Source of the DNA: Clostridiales bacterium | Lineage (GTDB): Bacteria > Bacillota > Clostridia > Lachnospirales > CAG-274 | Assembly: GCA_021202835.1 (NCBI GenBank) | Contig: JAJQCI010000255.1 | Coordinates: 2,185 to 35,410 of the forward strand | Reading direction: 5' to 3' | DNA: 33,226 nt | Part shown: positions 31,400 to 33,226 of the stretch, piece after piece | Layout: each line of letters starts with the position of its first letter | Numbering within the stretch: position 1 is the stretch's first letter | Translations under genes and position numbers: made by a program | Notes under the pieces: generated by a model | What the model saw: the letters and a program-made list of their open reading frames with translations, nothing else | Databases searched by the model: none | Told to the model about the DNA's origin: nothing

Positions 31400-33226
31400 A
31401 GATAATGTATTGTCATTCGGAAATTACACTTCAATATCTTCCGCAGTAAACGGAAATTATTCGACAGGCTCTCACAGAGGTCTTCTTGAGCTTACTCCTG
31501 CTTTAGACGGAACCTTAACTATTAACTTCTGCTATTATATAGGCTACAACGGCTCTAATGAAAACAAGCAGGCTTATATAGCCGTAAAGAACAGCGACGG
31601 TTCGTTCAGTGTTCTCGGAGCAGCTGTATACAAGGAATATTCTGTGTCGGCCGAGGTTAACGCAGGCACAACATATTATTTAATAACTCACGGAACAACA
31701 CCTTCTGTTGCAAGTATTGTTCTTACACAAAGCGACACGCCTGTTTCATATACAGAATATGAGTTCAGCGGCACAATAGGCAGTGAAAATGAATACACAG
31801 ATGATTTCGTATTGTCTAACAACGGTCTTTATTTCACGGCGGCTGTTTCGGGCTCTGAATATTCATTCTTATATACAGTTAAGGACGGAACAAGCTATGA
31901 CAATGAAGTGTTTGCTCTTGACATTCCTTCTTCATATACAAGCTCGGTTTCAACGGTTACGGCTTCGGCGGTAAGCGGAAAGAATGAATATACATTCGAC
32001 GGCTCTGTTGAATACCTGCTTAAAAACGCAGAATTTACATTCACAAGCGCTTTAGGCTCGGGCAATGAATATACAGACAGCTTATATTTAACATTTAACA
32101 ATAAGACCTATACGGCAAGTGTTTCGGGCTCTGCCTATACATTTACAGTAACAACGTCAAGAGACGCTTTTGCTGTAGGTGACGAATTTACAATATCGGC
32201 TGTTTCAGGCTATGAAGGAACCGAAACCGTTAAGATTACGGCCATAACAGGCTCGGCGGTTGACGGCTACAGCGTTGAGCTTGAAAGCATAGAGCTTAAG
32301 CTTGTTATTTATGACTTTGTTATAACCGGTGAATTCGGGTCGGATAATGAGTACAACACTCCCGGCGACACATTCTCCGTTGTTGAATACTGGTATGAAA
32401 ATTCCACAGAGGCAACAACAGAATATGTTATGACAATTTCAGACGACGGAAAGTCTTATTCCTGTTCTGTAGATGACCTTCATTCAATTCACTTCTCCTC
32501 TACAGGCGGCAGCCGGGTTGAGGTAGTAAGCCCTGAAGGCTATACAGCTAAACCGAAATATATCGACTTTACCACCGTAAAGGGCGACGCCGGCTATACG
32601 GTAACCATGAACGGAATCGTATTTACGGAAAATACAGTTCTTTACACATTAACAGGCGCTCTCGGCAGCGATAATGAATATACGGGAAGCTCATTTGAAC
32701 TGACATACGGCGATACAACATATACCGCCGAAATTTCAGGCAGCACATATTCATTTGACGTTGAAGTTAAGCAGAGCGCAGGGGCACCCTTCGCAGTTGG
32801 CGACCAGTTTACGGTAAGTGTTCCCAACGGATATACCGGAAGTGACAGTGTTGCCGTTGAGGCTTTAAGCGGAACGGATTATGAACTCAGTTCTGTAAGC
32901 TTCCAAGAAACAATGACTGATTATACTCTCAGCGCATATCTCGGCGACGGAAATGAATACAGCGGAGATTCCTTCGATATTTCCGACGGAACAAACACCT
33001 ACACACTTACAAAGGACGGCTCAACAGGAGCATACAGCATAACCGTCAGCGCTAAGACAAGCGCAGACGCACCTTTCACAAGCGGTCAGAGTGTAAGCGT
33101 TGTTAACCCCGAGGGATATACGGCTTCGGCTTCATCATATACCGTAAGCTATGATTCTTCAAACGATGTCTATGTTATAAGCGGCGTTGTATTTATCGAA
33201 AATACGGTTGTTTATACACTGACAGG
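31398..33226 (+). CDS. Continuation of the second giant surface protein in a shifted frame (partial; runs off the window)
   Basis: This frame is open from 31359 to the window end, and no ORF is listed here in the track. It translates to EDNVLSFGNYTSISSAVNGNYSTGSHRGLLELTPALDGTLTINF...AGTTYYLITHG, which completes the D module begun upstream. S modules follow (YEFSGTIGSENEYTDDF, FTSALGSGNEYTDSL, ITGEFGSDNEYNT, LTGALGSDNEYTGSS, LSAYLGDGNEYSGDS). Confidence 0.8.

Noticed and set aside
1-33226. A mobile genetic element, prophage or genomic island.
   Set aside because: I saw no integrase, transposase, recombinase, tRNA attachment site or terminal repeats. The housekeeping operon sits between the accessory blocks, and all genes are co-oriented.

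Overview
All credible genes in this 33.2-kb window are on the + strand. It looks like a chromosomal segment of a Clostridia-class Firmicute; this is an inference from the IspH::S1 fusion, the CsaB/TagA cell-wall genes and the strong GGAGG-type ribosome-binding sites. There are five blocks. (1) 62-1273 encodes a regulator with two HTH domains (MerR/excisionase-like N-terminus, LuxR/GerE C-terminus). (2) 1479-11286 is a probable operon. It has a promoter overlapped by a 12-bp perfect inverted repeat, a 101-aa Cys-rich protein, and a ~9.1-kb gene for a giant secreted repeat protein (G-rich beta-helix-like head plus seven GLUG-type super-repeats in the order A-A-B-A-A-A-B). An unlisted 49-aa ORF and a terminator follow. 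As written, the giant gene is broken twice: a G8 homopolymer separates the signal peptide from the body, and a second frameshift lies near the 3' end. (3) 11331-16170 is a housekeeping operon: rnhA, an HI0933-type flavoprotein, an AroH chorismate mutase::cytidylate kinase fusion and an IspH::ribosomal S1 fusion. It is preceded by a strong sigma-A-type promoter and a 16-bp leader hairpin, and ends in tandem terminators. (4) 16352-28448 is a ~12-kb, 13-gene cell-envelope glycopolymer operon. It encodes a Wzx flippase, WecC, glycosyltransferases, a VanZ-like gene split by one in-frame TGA, a DUF4330-like protein, a Wzy_C/O-antigen-ligase-like protein, CsaB pyruvyl transferase, TagA, an EamA transporter, a lipoprotein with an FMN_bind flavinylation motif, and an unknown helical protein. 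(5) 28449-33226 holds a ~490-nt repeat-containing leader and a second giant, acidic, T/S/Y/G-rich modular surface protein that runs off the window and is broken at an (AT)4 tract. The most interesting signal is the pair of giant surface-protein genes flanking a CsaB/TagA/Wzy_C glycopolymer operon. Each giant gene is switched off in this sequence at a simple-sequence tract where slippage would restore the frame. No tRNA, rRNA, CRISPR array, transposase or integrase was seen.
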